DNA of 51,988 bases, from NCBI GenBank assembly GCA_025350905.1, contig JANXWY010000341.1, positions 1 through 51,988 of the forward strand, given 5' to 3'. The DNA is from Verrucomicrobiota bacterium (GTDB lineage: Bacteria > Verrucomicrobiota > Verrucomicrobiia > Limisphaerales > JADLHS01). The notes beneath the pieces are model-generated. The model did not search any database. It saw nothing but the letters and a program-made list of their open reading frames with translations, and was not told the origin of the DNA. The translations under genes were made by a program, and so were the position numbers. Shown here in pieces: positions 10,352 through 20,240 of this stretch (position 1 is its first letter; each line of letters starts with the position of its first letter).

Positions 10352-12601
10352 TCAGTGCAGATTTCGGCAGGTGAAGATCTCGAGGGTGTGCAACACCCGT
10401 CCCTGGTAGAGCACGACGTGGCGCCCAGTATTCGTCACGGAATCGAATTGCTTCACCAGCCAGGTGGGTGCGGGCGCAGCTTCATCCGGCGGCAAACAGA
10501 GATTGGTTTCGCCCTTTGCCCATTTCGTTAACCAGTCGGCCACCAGCTTCGTACTCTCGGCTTGACGAACGAACAGTGCGTTCTGACCCCGGCGCGCCTC
10601 CCCGTATCCGGGCCAAAAATAGTACTGGTTTTCCGGGAGTTCGGTGGGCGGGCAAAAAACCATCGGCGACTCCTTCACCTGCGACCGGGCAGCGGGCAAA
10701 TAAAACGTGAGCAAACTCGTAATCCCGTAGTGGGCGCCGATGAGGAAAACGGGTTGGCCTTCCTGGGCGAGTCGCCGCTCCGCCTGGCCCACCACGCGCG
10801 CCATTTCTTCGTAACCGCGCACACGCCGCAAGGGATCCAAGTTTGCGGGTAACGGGTGACCGGCGACCTTCCCGACCAGGTCCGTATTCAACATCACGGT
10901 CACCACTGCGGCGCCCACCACCAGACCGGTCGCCAGCCAAGGCTTGACGCCCCGGTCACTCGACCGCAGTCGACGATCCCAGTAAATCACCATCACGCAG
11001 AAAATAGGCAGCACGGCGGGCGCAATCCAGTTGGGTTGCACGCGAGAATTGAAGGCGAGCAAGACGTACAGTAGGAAAACTGGCGCGCCCATGCTGAAGA
11101 AATAAACCAGCCGTCCATCGCGCTGGGCGGTCCGCCACAGCGCCACGAGGGCAATCGTCGCCGCCACGAAGTAGACCGGATTTAGCAGCGCGAACTCGGT
11201 GCCGAGAAATTCGAGCAGCCACGAAAGGTGCTTAGCCAGGGGCTCGGCGGCTCGGCCCACACCTCCGTGGGCGGCGACATGCTTCAAGCTGATCCAGTCG
11301 TGCTGCCAGTTCCAAATGAGCACCGGCAGCGTACACAGCAGGTTGATCAACAAGGCGAGATATGGGCCGGGTCGGCGAAGCTGTCGCCGCGCGGGGGGCC
11401 ATACTACGAAAAACACTCCCCAACACAGCCACATCAATGGCGAACTGTATTTACTTAGAAAACCCAGGCCCAACCACAACCCGGTCCACAGCCACGAACT
11501 GAGTGGCGCGTCTTCCTGAACGGCCCGCCAGCCCGTCAACATCGCCGCGGTCCAGAATAATACCGTCAGCGGATCCACCGTCAGTAGCGTTGACCCTACT
11601 GCCAGCAACGGTGTGGTTGTGACAATGAGCATCAGAAAAAAACCGGCCCGCGCACTGACTTCGCGGGCAAAGAAACGCAGGAGCAGCCAGCCGACGGTCG
11701 CCCCGATCAAGGGCGAGAAAAACCGCACCCCGAAGGCCGTGTCGCCCCAGAGGGACGTGCCGAGGAACTGGGTCACGGCAATCAACGGCGGTTTGCTGTA
11801 GTACGACAGGGCGAGGTGTTTCGACCAGACCCATTGATAAGCTTCGTCTTCGGATAACTCGATCGTGCCACTCGCCAGGTAAATCCATCGGCCCAAGGTC
11901 ACGAGGCCGAGGAACAGGTAACCGGCGCGCAACCAATGTTGTTCGAGAATGGGGCGCAGAGCGGGGAACGTGGTCTCCGTGGCCCCTGTAGGTTCTGGGA
12001 GCTTAGCCGGACCGGGTAGTAGTGACGGCACCTGTTCGTGCCACAGCGGAAACCACTTTCTCCCGACGCTCTGCCACAGCGCATTGAGCGCAAACAAGAC
12101 TCCGAGTGCCGATCCCGCGCCGAGAATTGCGCCCACGAGCACATCGCTGGGATAATGCACGCCGTTGTACACGCGGGAGAAACTGATTGCGATGGCCAGC
12201 GGCACCATCACTCGCCAACTTCGGCGTCGGAAGAGAAAGGCCACCATCGCCACGGCAAACCAGTTCGCTGCATGACTGGAGGGCATACTGCCGCTGCCGC
12301 TGCAGCCGACCAGCAAACGGACATCCGCCAACGCCGAGCACGGACGCACCCGCCCGATGGCGTGCTTAAGCGTGTTGCTGACCAGCCCATCCGTGACGCC
12401 GACGGCCAAGGCGAGGAGCAGGAGAAACCAGGCGGCTTTGCTGCCTCCGCGCCAGAGCAAGCCCGCGATCACCACCAAAACCAGCGGAAGAAACAGCCGG
12501 TTCCCGCTCAGCCACGGCATCACGACGTCGAACAAAGGATTGCTCAACGTCAGATTGATGAACCGGAACAGGCTGACATCCAGCGTTTGCAGCCAATGCA
12601 T
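10352..12601 (-). CDS. PAP2 phosphatase fused to ArnT/PMT-type (GT-C) membrane glycosyltransferase
   Basis: N-terminal KHAIGRVRP, PSSH, SRVYNGVHYPSD; then DEAYQW, YYSKPPL, LSKY multi-TM domain. Confidence 0.87.
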   Translation of the reverse strand: MHWLQTLDVSLFRFINLTLSNPLFDVVMPWLSGNRLFLPLVLVVIAGLLWRGGSKAAWFLLLLALAVGVTDGLVSNTLKHAIGRVRPCSALADVRLLVGCSGSGSMPSSHAANWFAVAMVAFLFRRRSWRVMVPLAIAISFSRVYNGVHYPSDVLVGAILGAGSALGVLFALNALWQSVGRKWFPLWHEQVPSLLPGPAKLPEPTGATETTFPALRPILEQHWLRAGYLFLGLVTLGRWIYLASGTIELSEDEAYQWVWSKHLALSYYSKPPLIAVTQFLGTSLWGDTAFGVRFFSPLIGATVGWLLLRFFAREVSARAGFFLMLIVTTTPLLAVGSTLLTVDPLTVLFWTAAMLTGWRAVQEDAPLSSWLWTGLWLGLGFLSKYSSPLMWLCWGVFFVVWPPARRQLRRPGPYLALLINLLCTLPVLIWNWQHDWISLKHVAAHGGVGRAAEPLAKHLSWLLEFLGTEFALLNPVYFVAATIALVALWRTAQRDGRLVYFFSMGAPVFLLYVLLAFNSRVQPNWIAPAVLPIFCVMVIYWDRRLRSSDRGVKPWLATGLVVGAAVVTVMLNTDLVGKVAGHPLPANLDPLRRVRGYEEMARVVGQAERRLAQEGQPVFLIGAHYGITSLLTFYLPAARSQVKESPMVFCPPTELPENQYYFWPGYGEARRGQNALFVRQAESTKLVADWLTKWAKGETNLCLPPDEAAPAPTWLVKQFDSVTNTGRHVVLYQGRVLHTLEIFTCRNLH

Positions 12602-12870
12602 GATGGCAGTGTGCGTCGCGACCAGCTAATTTGCGAGAACGAAGCGTGCCGCGCGTTGCTGATCCCCGCGGTGTCGATCAATCGCCGCGTCGAATGGAAA
12701 TCCGGCGAACCGATAAGCCTAGAAAAACCGAGTCTGGGATCTAGTTTGTCACCGCGGCCGGAAGCGACTTTGCCGTCCGGCTACGGTGGGTGCGCGGGAT
12801 TGGGTATAGTGCTTTTGGCTTCTCAAGGCTGGGTGATTTCAGGCAAATTCCTCCCTAGTTCAATTCCAAA

Positions 12871-14004
12871 ATGCGAATCCTCATTGCCACAGTCACCGCC
12901 GGCGGCGGACACCTCGCGGCCGCCGCGGCCCTGGATGAAGCCTGGCGGGCTGTGCGGCCCTGCGACGTCGTCGAGCGGGTTGATCTGGTGAAATTCTTTT
13001 CGCCCTTACATCGGAAGCTGCACGTGGAAGGCTACGTGAAACTCGTCGAACGCGCCCCAGAACTATGGGGAATGATTTTCGCCAAGACCGACAATCCCGC
13101 CGTGGCGCGACGGCTGAACCGGATTCAGCAATTGTTCCCCGGCCGATCACGTGCCCGTTTTGCGCGCTTCGTAAAGCAGTTCTGGCCGGACGTTGTGCTC
13201 TGTACACACTACGCGCCGGTGGAAGCCTTGGGCGAGATGCGCCAGCAGCAGAAGGACAAGCCGCCCTTCGTGGCCAGTATCGTCACCGATTTCGAGGCGC
13301 ACGCGCTGTGGATGGACGCCGGCGTGGCTTTGTATTGCGTCGCGGCCGAGGCCACCAAGGCGCGATTGGTGGCCCGCGGGGCCGCCGCGGCGAGCGTGGT
13401 CGCCACGGGCATTCCCATCGCTGCAAAATTTTCCGCGAAGCTCGACGCTCAGGCCGTGCGTCGGACCCTTGGCCTGCGGGATGACTTGCCCGTGTTGCTC
13501 GTCTTGAGCGGCGGCTTCGGCATGGGGCCGGTCGGAAAAATTCTCCGCGAGCTCGACCGGGTGGCCTCCGCGTTTCAAACGCTCGTCGTCTGCGGCCGAA
13601 ACGAAGCGCTGCGTCGCGGGCTGGCGGCGGAAGACCGCCAGCATCCAACGCACGTGCTGGGTTTCGCCACGAACATGCACGAATTGATGGCGGTGGCGGA
13701 TTTGATCATCACGAAACCCGGCGGGCTGACCGCGTCCGAAGCGCTGGCCCTAGGCAAACCCCTGTTCATTCTCGATCCAATTCCCGGTCAGGAGGCGGCC
13801 AACAGTGATTTTCTGCTCGAACGCGGCGCAGCGGTAAAGGTGAATCGAGTAGAGGACTTGCCCTATCGCGTGACGCAATTACTCGGTTCAAAAAAGTTAG
13901 GAGACATGGCGAAGGCAGCCAAATCGCTGGGGCGAATGAAGGCAGCAGCAGCAATCTGTCGAGAGGTTTTGAGCCGGCTCGGTAGCTCCGGCAAAAAGGA
14001 ATGA
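12871..14004 (+). CDS. UgtP/MGDG-synthase-like diacylglycerol glycosyltransferase
   Basis: GGGH, CTHY, VTDF, TGIPI, GGFGMG, ITKPGGLT, PGQE..N. Confidence 0.88.
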   Translation: MRILIATVTAGGGHLAAAAALDEAWRAVRPCDVVERVDLVKFFSPLHRKLHVEGYVKLVERAPELWGMIFAKTDNPAVARRLNRIQQLFPGRSRARFARFVKQFWPDVVLCTHYAPVEALGEMRQQQKDKPPFVASIVTDFEAHALWMDAGVALYCVAAEATKARLVARGAAAASVVATGIPIAAKFSAKLDAQAVRRTLGLRDDLPVLLVLSGGFGMGPVGKILRELDRVASAFQTLVVCGRNEALRRGLAAEDRQHPTHVLGFATNMHELMAVADLIITKPGGLTASEALALGKPLFILDPIPGQEAANSDFLLERGAAVKVNRVEDLPYRVTQLLGSKKLGDMAKAAKSLGRMKAAAAICREVLSRLGSSGKKE

Positions 14005-15260
14005 ACGATGTCCGCCCTCACCCTGCCCTGCTCCCCCGAGGCGAGGGAACGGCAACGTTCGTCTGCCAAAATTCCAGCGACTTAGCTTTCGCCGACCGAC
14101 GGAAGATAAATTTCCCTCGCCCAACGGGGGAGAGTTGGGGTGGATGGATTCGGCGGGTCTGGCTCCTATTTAGCCTTTGGTTTTCGATCACAGCTTCGGC
14201 TCAGCACACGCAGCTTAAACGCGACGAACAGATCGTTTTCTATCCGAGCGTGGCCCAACGCGTCGCCGGCGACACAAACTTTTGGCGCGCGGAAATTCGT
14301 GGCTGCGTTTTCGAGGTGGAGCAGCGCACCGTCCTGCTGGCGGCGTTGCGCGCGGCACTGGATTTGAAAGACGTCACCATGACCGCGGCCGAAGCGAAAG
14401 TTTTCAACGAGCGCGCACGACTTTTTCTCGTGGACCACAAGCCCGGCAAAAAGGTATTCATCCGCTGCGGCACGAATGAATTCTTGGTAGGCAAGTCCGG
14501 GGTGGATGGGCGATTCGCGGGCTCGGTTCGATTGCGCGACATGGATTGGGGCCGCCGGCCGCCGAGCGGGCGCGAGGACGACCGCGCCGCAGTACCCGCC
14601 GGGTCGGAGACTGGCGCTCCGTTTACGGCCGTGCTCAGCGCTGGTGACCAGCGGATTTTCTCCGGCGAGGTGTTCTTCCTGGAGGACCAGGGGCTGAGCG
14701 TGATCTCGGATATTGACGACACCATCAAGGTCACCGAAGTACGGAACCGTCCCGCGACGTTGCGCAACACCTTCCTGCGTGAGTTCCAACCCGTGCCGGG
14801 CTTGGCAGAGCTTTACCAGTCGTGGGCGCATTCGAATCGCGCGGCGTTTCATTACGTTTCCGCGAGTCCCTGGCAGCTTTATGAACCGTTGAGCACGTTT
14901 ATTCAGATGCACGGATTTCCCTCAGGAACTTTCGCCTTAAAGCAGTTTCGCTGGAAAGATGGCAGCTTCTTCAGCCTGTTTGCCGGCCCAGAGCAATACA
15001 AGCGGCGGGTCATTGAACCCTTGTTGCAAAAGTTTCCGAGTCGCCAGTTCATCCTGATTGGTGATTCGGGTGAGCGCGATCCGGAAATTTACGCGACGCT
15101 GGCGCGAAAGTATCCCCGGAGGATCGCGCGGATCTACCTTCGCGATGTGACAGGCGAAGCGGCGGACGCGGATCGATACGTCCAAGCGTTCCTCGGTGTG
15201 CCGCGCGGGCGCTGGCAGATTTTTCGCGAGCCGGGCGAATTGACGATCGCTTCCGAGTGA
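14001..15260 (+). CDS. App1-family phosphatidate phosphatase (DUF2183)
   Basis: ISDIDDTIK (DxDxT), HYVSASPWQL, LIGDSGERDPEIY; ATGA overlap with upstream gene. Confidence 0.87.
   Translation: MNDVRPHPALLPRGEGTATFVCQNSSDLAFADRRKINFPRPTGESWGGWIRRVWLLFSLWFSITASAQHTQLKRDEQIVFYPSVAQRVAGDTNFWRAEIRGCVFEVEQRTVLLAALRAALDLKDVTMTAAEAKVFNERARLFLVDHKPGKKVFIRCGTNEFLVGKSGVDGRFAGSVRLRDMDWGRRPPSGREDDRAAVPAGSETGAPFTAVLSAGDQRIFSGEVFFLEDQGLSVISDIDDTIKVTEVRNRPATLRNTFLREFQPVPGLAELYQSWAHSNRAAFHYVSASPWQLYEPLSTFIQMHGFPSGTFALKQFRWKDGSFFSLFAGPEQYKRRVIEPLLQKFPSRQFILIGDSGERDPEIYATLARKYPRRIARIYLRDVTGEAADADRYVQAFLGVPRGRWQIFREPGELTIASE
14015..14144. repeat. Palindromic element (CCCTCACCC family) within App1 N-terminus
   Basis: CTCCCCCG..GCGAGGGAA pairs with TTCCCTCGC..CGGGGGAG; related to 35572-35633. 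Confidence 0.65.
14547..14620. repeat. Degenerate GGAG-capped palindrome in frame within App1
   Basis: Right arm GCCGGGTCGGAGACTGGCGCTCC, decayed left arm; encodes WGRRPPSGREDDRAAVPAGSETGAP. Confidence 0.55.
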
Positions 15261-15280
15261 ATTTCGGCTAACTTGGGCGC

Positions 15281-16078
15281 GTGGCCAAACCCACTTCCAT
15301 CGAACTACCCGGCGTGCCGCCGATCCCGATTCTCTATGAAGACCGGTCGGTCCTGGCGATTGACAAGCCGCGGGGTTGGATGCTCGTGCCGTTTTCGTGG
15401 CAGAAGACGAACTGGAATTTGCAGGCGGCCATCGTGTCGTCCATCGGCGCGGGCGATTTCTGGGCGCGGTCGCGCGGATTGAAATTTCTCAAGTTCGTCC
15501 ATCGGCTGGATGCGGAGACGACGGGAATTTTGCTCTTCGCCAAAAGCCCGGGCGCGGTGGAGTCATATTCGGACTTGTTCGAGGATCGGCGGATGGAGAA
15601 GACGTATCTGGCCGTTGTGGAAGGCGTGCCGAAGCAAACAACCTGGACGTGTCACCTGAAACTCGGTCCCGCCCCCGGCCAGATCGGACGGATGCGGGTG
15701 GACGAACGCGAAGGCAAGGACGCCGAGACGCACTTTCGTATGTTGCAGACGAATGACGGGCGTAGCCGCCGACGGGAGGCGGCGGAAGCGGACCCAAGGG
15801 CCATATCAAATGACCGCCTCGCTGCCACCGCCGTTTCGTCACTTGTCGAAGCCCGCCCGCTCACGGGACGTACGCACCAAATCCGCCTGCACCTGGCCGA
15901 GACCGCCGGGCCGGTGGTGGGCGACGACATTTACGGCCGCCGGACGATTCGTGGCCAACTGGGACTGCGAGCCGTGCGCCTGACGTTCGCGGATCCGTTC
16001 ACGCGGCGCCGTATCGACATTCGCGCCCCGGTCGAGGAATTTTGTCGCGAATATGGATTCGACATTCCCACGCTTTAG
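15281..16078 (+). CDS. RluA-family pseudouridine synthase
   Basis: DKPRG, HRLDAETTG (catalytic Asp), TGRTHQIR, GDDIYG. Confidence 0.92.
   Translation: MAKPTSIELPGVPPIPILYEDRSVLAIDKPRGWMLVPFSWQKTNWNLQAAIVSSIGAGDFWARSRGLKFLKFVHRLDAETTGILLFAKSPGAVESYSDLFEDRRMEKTYLAVVEGVPKQTTWTCHLKLGPAPGQIGRMRVDEREGKDAETHFRMLQTNDGRSRRREAAEADPRAISNDRLAATAVSSLVEARPLTGRTHQIRLHLAETAGPVVGDDIYGRRTIRGQLGLRAVRLTFADPFTRRRIDIRAPVEEFCREYGFDIPTL
15761..15838. repeat. GTAG-capped REP-like element in frame within RluA
   Basis: CGTAGCCGCCGACGGGAGGCGGCGGA matches intergenic 30714-30739 at 24/26 nt; right arm decayed. Confidence 0.75.
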
Positions 16079-16096
16079 GGCAAATTCCGCGCCCAC

Positions 16097-16597
16097 ATGG
16101 AAAATAGCGTTGCCTCTCCGCCGGCGGAAATCGGTGTTGTTATCTGCGAAACGGAACTGATTCAGTTCCGCCTTTCGCGGATTCACGGCACCGGTGGTTA
16201 TGCCCGCCAAACCATTGCCGCCGGAACGCGGGTCATTGAATACCTCGGCGAGCGGATCTCCAAAGCCGAATCGCTCGTCCTGTGCGAGGCCGACAACGTG
16301 TATATTTTCGACATCGATGACGAGTTTGATCTGAATGGCAATGTGGCTTGGAACCCGGCGCGGTTTCTCAATCACGGCTGCGCGCCCAACTGTGAGGCGG
16401 AGCAGGACGAGGCGCGGATCTGGATCCTGGCGTTGCGTGATATCCCGGTCGGAGAGGAGTTGACCTTCAACTATGGCTACGGCCTGGAAGATCACCTTGA
16501 CCATCCGTGTCGCTGCGGGGCGTCGGCGTGTGTCGGTTATATCGTGGCGGAGGAATTCTTCGACCAATTGCGCCCGCAAGCAGCACTACCGGCGTGA
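16097..16597 (+). CDS. SET-domain protein-lysine methyltransferase with post-SET cysteines
   Basis: IHGTGGYA, IEYLGE, RFLNHGCAPN, ELTFNY, CRCGASAC. Confidence 0.9.
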   Translation: MENSVASPPAEIGVVICETELIQFRLSRIHGTGGYARQTIAAGTRVIEYLGERISKAESLVLCEADNVYIFDIDDEFDLNGNVAWNPARFLNHGCAPNCEAEQDEARIWILALRDIPVGEELTFNYGYGLEDHLDHPCRCGASACVGYIVAEEFFDQLRPQAALPA

Positions 16598-16694
16598 GGT
16601 GGCTATTTGGGACTGCGGTAGCTCGCATCCCCTCCTGGAATAGTCGCCGCGGGAAAGCTTGCAGTGGCCTGGGTCCAGCGGGAAACTAAACGGC

Positions 16695-17324
16695 GTGACG
16701 AGTGACCAATCATTTCGGCTCGGCGTGCTCGGTTCGGGCAGAGGCTCGAACTTCGTCGCCCTTGCGGACGCGATCACGGCCGGAAGCATTCCGGCGCAGA
16801 TCGCGACCGTGCTGAGCGACGTGGCGGCCGCGGGAATTCTGGAACAGGCGCGCCAACGCCAGCTTCCGGCCCAATTCATCGCCCCGGGAAAATTCCGCAC
16901 GAAACTGGATGAGGAAGCGGAGCGCGCTTATGTCCTGGCGTTGCAAGCCGCCCGCGTGGATTTAATCGTGTTGGCGGGTTTCATGCGCGTGCTCAAAGGT
17001 GATTTCCTTCGGGCCTTCGAGGGCCGGATTGTGAACATACATCCCTCTTTGCTGCCGTCGTTTCCTGGCCTGGAAGCGTGGAAACAGGCGTTGGATCAAG
17101 GCGTGAAGGTGACGGGTTGCACGGTGCATTTCGTGGATGCCGGCGTGGATGCCGGCGCGATCATCGACCAGCAAACGGTGGCGGTGCTGGACGACGACAC
17201 GGCCGCGACATTGCACGCGCGGATTCATGCAGCGGAGCATGAGTTGTATCCCAAGTGCGTGGCCGCGATTGCGCGTGGGGAGATCTTGGTTCAGGGGCGT
17301 CGGGTGATCCGGAAAGTCGGTTGA
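16695..17324 (+). CDS. purN: Phosphoribosylglycinamide formyltransferase
   Basis: [34 protein letters not shown]; start placed at GTG 16695. Confidence 0.95.
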   Translation: MTSDQSFRLGVLGSGRGSNFVALADAITAGSIPAQIATVLSDVAAAGILEQARQRQLPAQFIAPGKFRTKLDEEAERAYVLALQAARVDLIVLAGFMRVLKGDFLRAFEGRIVNIHPSLLPSFPGLEAWKQALDQGVKVTGCTVHFVDAGVDAGAIIDQQTVAVLDDDTAATLHARIHAAEHELYPKCVAAIARGEILVQGRRVIRKVG

Positions 17325-17390
17325 AACCACTCGATACACCAAATACACGAAATGAATTCAGATTTCGTGCGGTTCGCGTATGCCGTAGTT
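17325..17390. repeat. Palindromic element (AACCAC...TACACGAAA family)
   Basis: Imperfect inverted repeat; same family as 29349-29434. Confidence 0.65.
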
Positions 17391-17468
17391 AATCCATCAG
17401 CCGCACAAAGCACACAGCTTGGCCGCGATGGACTTGGCCAATAATTCCCGCTACGCTGGAAATAATTT

Positions 17469-18350
17469 ATGAGCATTAAGCAGATACTCCGCTTCGGTTT
17501 GCCCAAGGGCAGCCTGCAGGAGGCCACCGTGCAAAAAATGGCCAAGGCCGGCTGGAACATCTCGGTCAGCAGCCGGTCCTACATCCCCTATGTGGACGAT
17601 CCGGAGATGGAAATCCGCCTCATCCGCGCGCAGGAAATCAGCCGTTACGTCGAACACGGCTACCTGGATTGCGGCATCACCGGTTACGACTGGATCATGG
17701 AGAACGGCTCGAAGGTTCACGAGGTGGGCGAATTTCTGTTCAGCAAAGCCACTCGCAAACCCGCCCGCTGGGTGTTGTGCGTGCCGGAAGATTCGCCCAT
17801 CAAATCGGTGAAGGACTTGAAGGGCAAACGTATCGCCACAGAGGTCGTCAACCTCACCAAGAAATATTTGAAAAAGCACGGCGTCAAGGCCGAGGTGGAA
17901 TTTTCCTGGGGCGCCACCGAGGTGAAGGCGCACGAGCTGGTGGACGCCATCGTCGAAGTCACCGAAACCGGTTCCTCGCTGCGCGCGAACAAGCTGCGCA
18001 TCGTGGACGAATTGCTCTGCTCCACGCCCCGACTGATCGCGAATCCGGCCGCGTGGAAGAACAAATGGAAGCGGAAAAAGATCGAGACGATCGCCCTTCT
18101 GCTCAAAGGCGCGCTCGAAGCTGAAACCAAAGTCGGTTTGAAAATGAACATCCGCGAAAAGGATTTGCCCCGGCTGCTCGCCAACCTGCCGGCGCTGCGT
18201 AATCCGACCATCTCCAACCTCAGCCTCAAGGGCTGGGTCGCGGTGGAGACAATCATTGACGAACACATCGTGCGCGAATTGATTCCCGCCCTCAAAGCCG
18301 CCGGCGCGGAAGGCGTCACCGAGTATCCGCTGAACAAGGTGGTTTACTGA
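17469..18350 (+). CDS. hisG: ATP phosphoribosyltransferase (long form)
   Basis: [32 protein letters not shown]-terminal regulatory domain. Confidence 0.96.
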   Translation: MSIKQILRFGLPKGSLQEATVQKMAKAGWNISVSSRSYIPYVDDPEMEIRLIRAQEISRYVEHGYLDCGITGYDWIMENGSKVHEVGEFLFSKATRKPARWVLCVPEDSPIKSVKDLKGKRIATEVVNLTKKYLKKHGVKAEVEFSWGATEVKAHELVDAIVEVTETGSSLRANKLRIVDELLCSTPRLIANPAAWKNKWKRKKIETIALLLKGALEAETKVGLKMNIREKDLPRLLANLPALRNPTISNLSLKGWVAVETIIDEHIVRELIPALKAAGAEGVTEYPLNKVVY

Positions 18351-18364
18351 AGCCGACCGGCGAG

Positions 18365-18485
18365 GTTGAAACCGCTAATCCTCGCTCATCACCGCTAATT
18401 CAAAGGAGTTCACCGTTGCGACGGCGTGCGTTTGCGGGCGGGCCGCCCGCGATTAGCGTTTATCAGCGCAAATTAGCGGTTCAAC
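18365..18485. repeat. Palindromic element with internal CGCTAAT units
   Basis: GTTGAAACCGCTAAT...ACCGCTAAT pairs with ATTAGCG...ATTAGCGGTTCAAC. Confidence 0.65.
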
Positions 18486-18511
18486 TTTGTGTATCGTCAT
18501 TTCGGGACGGT

Positions 18512-18859
18512 CTACTTTGCAGCCAGCGTCATCTGATTCGTCAGGCCGGGAGCGACCGCGTAAACCTCAAGCCTGCCATCGGAATTCTCAATGAAATCAA
18601 CCCGATCATGCTGCCTGAGTTGCAGCCCGTCGCCAGAATGCTTCGAGAAGGCAGAAAGCTCTTCTTAGTTCTTGGGCCATCGCAGGATTGCTTGCCGAAA
18701 TTTGGCGACCTAAAGACTTAGCTCAAGTGGCAGAGTGATTGCCTGACTGACCGCCGCGGTAACCACGGCGTTTCCGAAATCGTGAGCAATGCATCCCGTG
18801 AAGAAGGCGACGCAGGCTCCGACCAAACCAAGCAACCCGTATTTCGTAAAGCAGCGCAC
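18512..18859 (-). pseudogene. Lipoprotein pseudogene (cassette-like) with two in-frame stops
   Basis: GTG 18859, lipobox FFTGC; frame stays protein-like through TAG (18710) and TAA (18665) to TAG 18512; preceded by GTTAGGC. Confidence 0.5.
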
Positions 18860-18981
18860 AACTGTCTGGAGGATAATACAGCAAACTACGCCTAACTTCA
18901 CACCGGGCGGAGAGCACCATTCGCACGGCGAACGATTCATTTAGGGAAACATAATTGTGGCGGCGTTAGAGCGCATTGGTG

Positions 18982-19242
18982 TCAGTGTTTCTCCTCCTCT
19001 TTATGAAGTGCGGCGCGAAGTAGCCAGCCTCCAGCAATCGCGCAAGCAACCGGAACTATGAGGGCCAACGCGCCAGACAATCTGCCGGGAACCTGAGTCT
19101 GCCCGCCTCCGCGGTCCAAGAAAACAGGAACTCCATCTACGAGGATCTCCCGCAACATCTCGAAGCCCGTGACCCAACAAATCACCCCACCCACTGCCAA
19201 GAGCAGGAGCACGCTGCCACCAAATATCGAGAAAGCTCTCAT
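18982..19242 (-). CDS. Small hypothetical membrane protein (2 TM)
   Basis: 86 aa with two hydrophobic segments; in the cassette-like run. Confidence 0.6.
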   Translation of the reverse strand: MRAFSIFGGSVLLLLAVGGVICWVTGFEMLREILVDGVPVFLDRGGGQTQVPGRLSGALALIVPVACAIAGGWLLRAALHKEEEKH

Positions 19243-19329
19243 GGGTCGAATGTAACCGTTGTCATAGAGTTCTGACCATGTGTTTGGATGTTCTGCGTCA
19301 TGCGTCCCTTCTGATTGGTTGGCTTGCGG

Positions 19330-19767
19330 TTATTGGGCGGTTGGGTTCATCAAGACCTCGCCAAGGTTAGTGACCGACCCGGAATAGAATGGAATGGTCG
19401 CCGGTTCGTAGCCATCCCGCCGTAACACCAGCGTCCCACCTTGCGGAGACTCGCCAAATTTCATCAACGGCCACCAAAGCAATGTGAAACCGAAAACCAA
19501 TGACCGCTCCGCTGGCACGGAAAATCGCCCAGCCTCATCAGTGTGTATCGTCGGCGAGCGTAACGCAGCCAGCACATTAGCAAGGGAGAGCGAAGGGTCA
19601 GATGTTTGGGAGACGGCCACTTCCGCGCCCTGAATGGGAGAACGTGACTGTGAATCCAGCACGACTCCCTTCGCTCCGGGACTCTCTGTCTGATGAAATA
19701 TGACGCAGCCGGAACAAAGCAGTCCAGCCATCAGGAACAAAGTGAGATTCTGTACGAAGCTTTTCAT
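19330..19767 (-). CDS. Lipoprotein with carboxypeptidase-regulatory-like (transthyretin-like) domain
   Basis: Lipobox LCSGC; GVVLDSQSRSPIQGAEV...TDEAGRF...RDGY pattern. Confidence 0.7.
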   Translation of the reverse strand: MKSFVQNLTLFLMAGLLCSGCVIFHQTESPGAKGVVLDSQSRSPIQGAEVAVSQTSDPSLSLANVLAALRSPTIHTDEAGRFSVPAERSLVFGFTLLWWPLMKFGESPQGGTLVLRRDGYEPATIPFYSGSVTNLGEVLMNPTAQ

Positions 19768-19823
19768 AATTCGTGTTGTTTACGCCGGCTAGACGGCCTT
19801 GTTTTTGTGCGCTGCATGGGATC

Positions 19824-20240
19824 TCAAGTCTTCGGATTCAAGCGTTTGGAAATCAAATCCCAAATCCGCCGCCACCGGCGACTCCAACCTCGAAACCACC
19901 TGCGTTTCGGGCCGCGACTGTTCCGGTCCAGCTTGTGAAGAACGGCGGGGTCGTAGAGTTCGGCCGTTTGATTGTCAGGGGTCAACGCCTCGGCGGCGGG
20001 TTTGCCATAAATTCCGCCGAGGCTTTCGCCCGCGTCGTGCGCCGCTTGATCAAGTTCCTTCGCCACGAAACCCAGACTCCGGCGGAACTCGGAAAACCCT
20101 TCTCCCAGCCCCCGCAACAACTCGGGAAGTTTCCTGGCTCCGATGAGGATCAGGATCACGGCTAGAATCAACATGATCTCCCAGCCGCCAACGATGTCGG
20201 CGAGGATTGGAGGATTTGTTAGCAGCGATTTGTTCGGCAT
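19824..20240 (-). CDS. TatA/TatE-like protein with extended C-terminus
   Basis: GGWEIMLILAVILILIGARKLPELLRGLGEGFSEFRR matches the TatA TM plus amphipathic helix. Confidence 0.7.
   Translation of the reverse strand: MPNKSLLTNPPILADIVGGWEIMLILAVILILIGARKLPELLRGLGEGFSEFRRSLGFVAKELDQAAHDAGESLGGIYGKPAAEALTPDNQTAELYDPAVLHKLDRNSRGPKRRWFRGWSRRWRRIWDLISKRLNPKT

Noticed and set aside
18512-18859. Stop-codon readthrough or recoding in the lipoprotein ORF
   Set aside because: Two different stops (TAG, TAA) are involved and other genes use all stops normally; pseudogenisation is simpler
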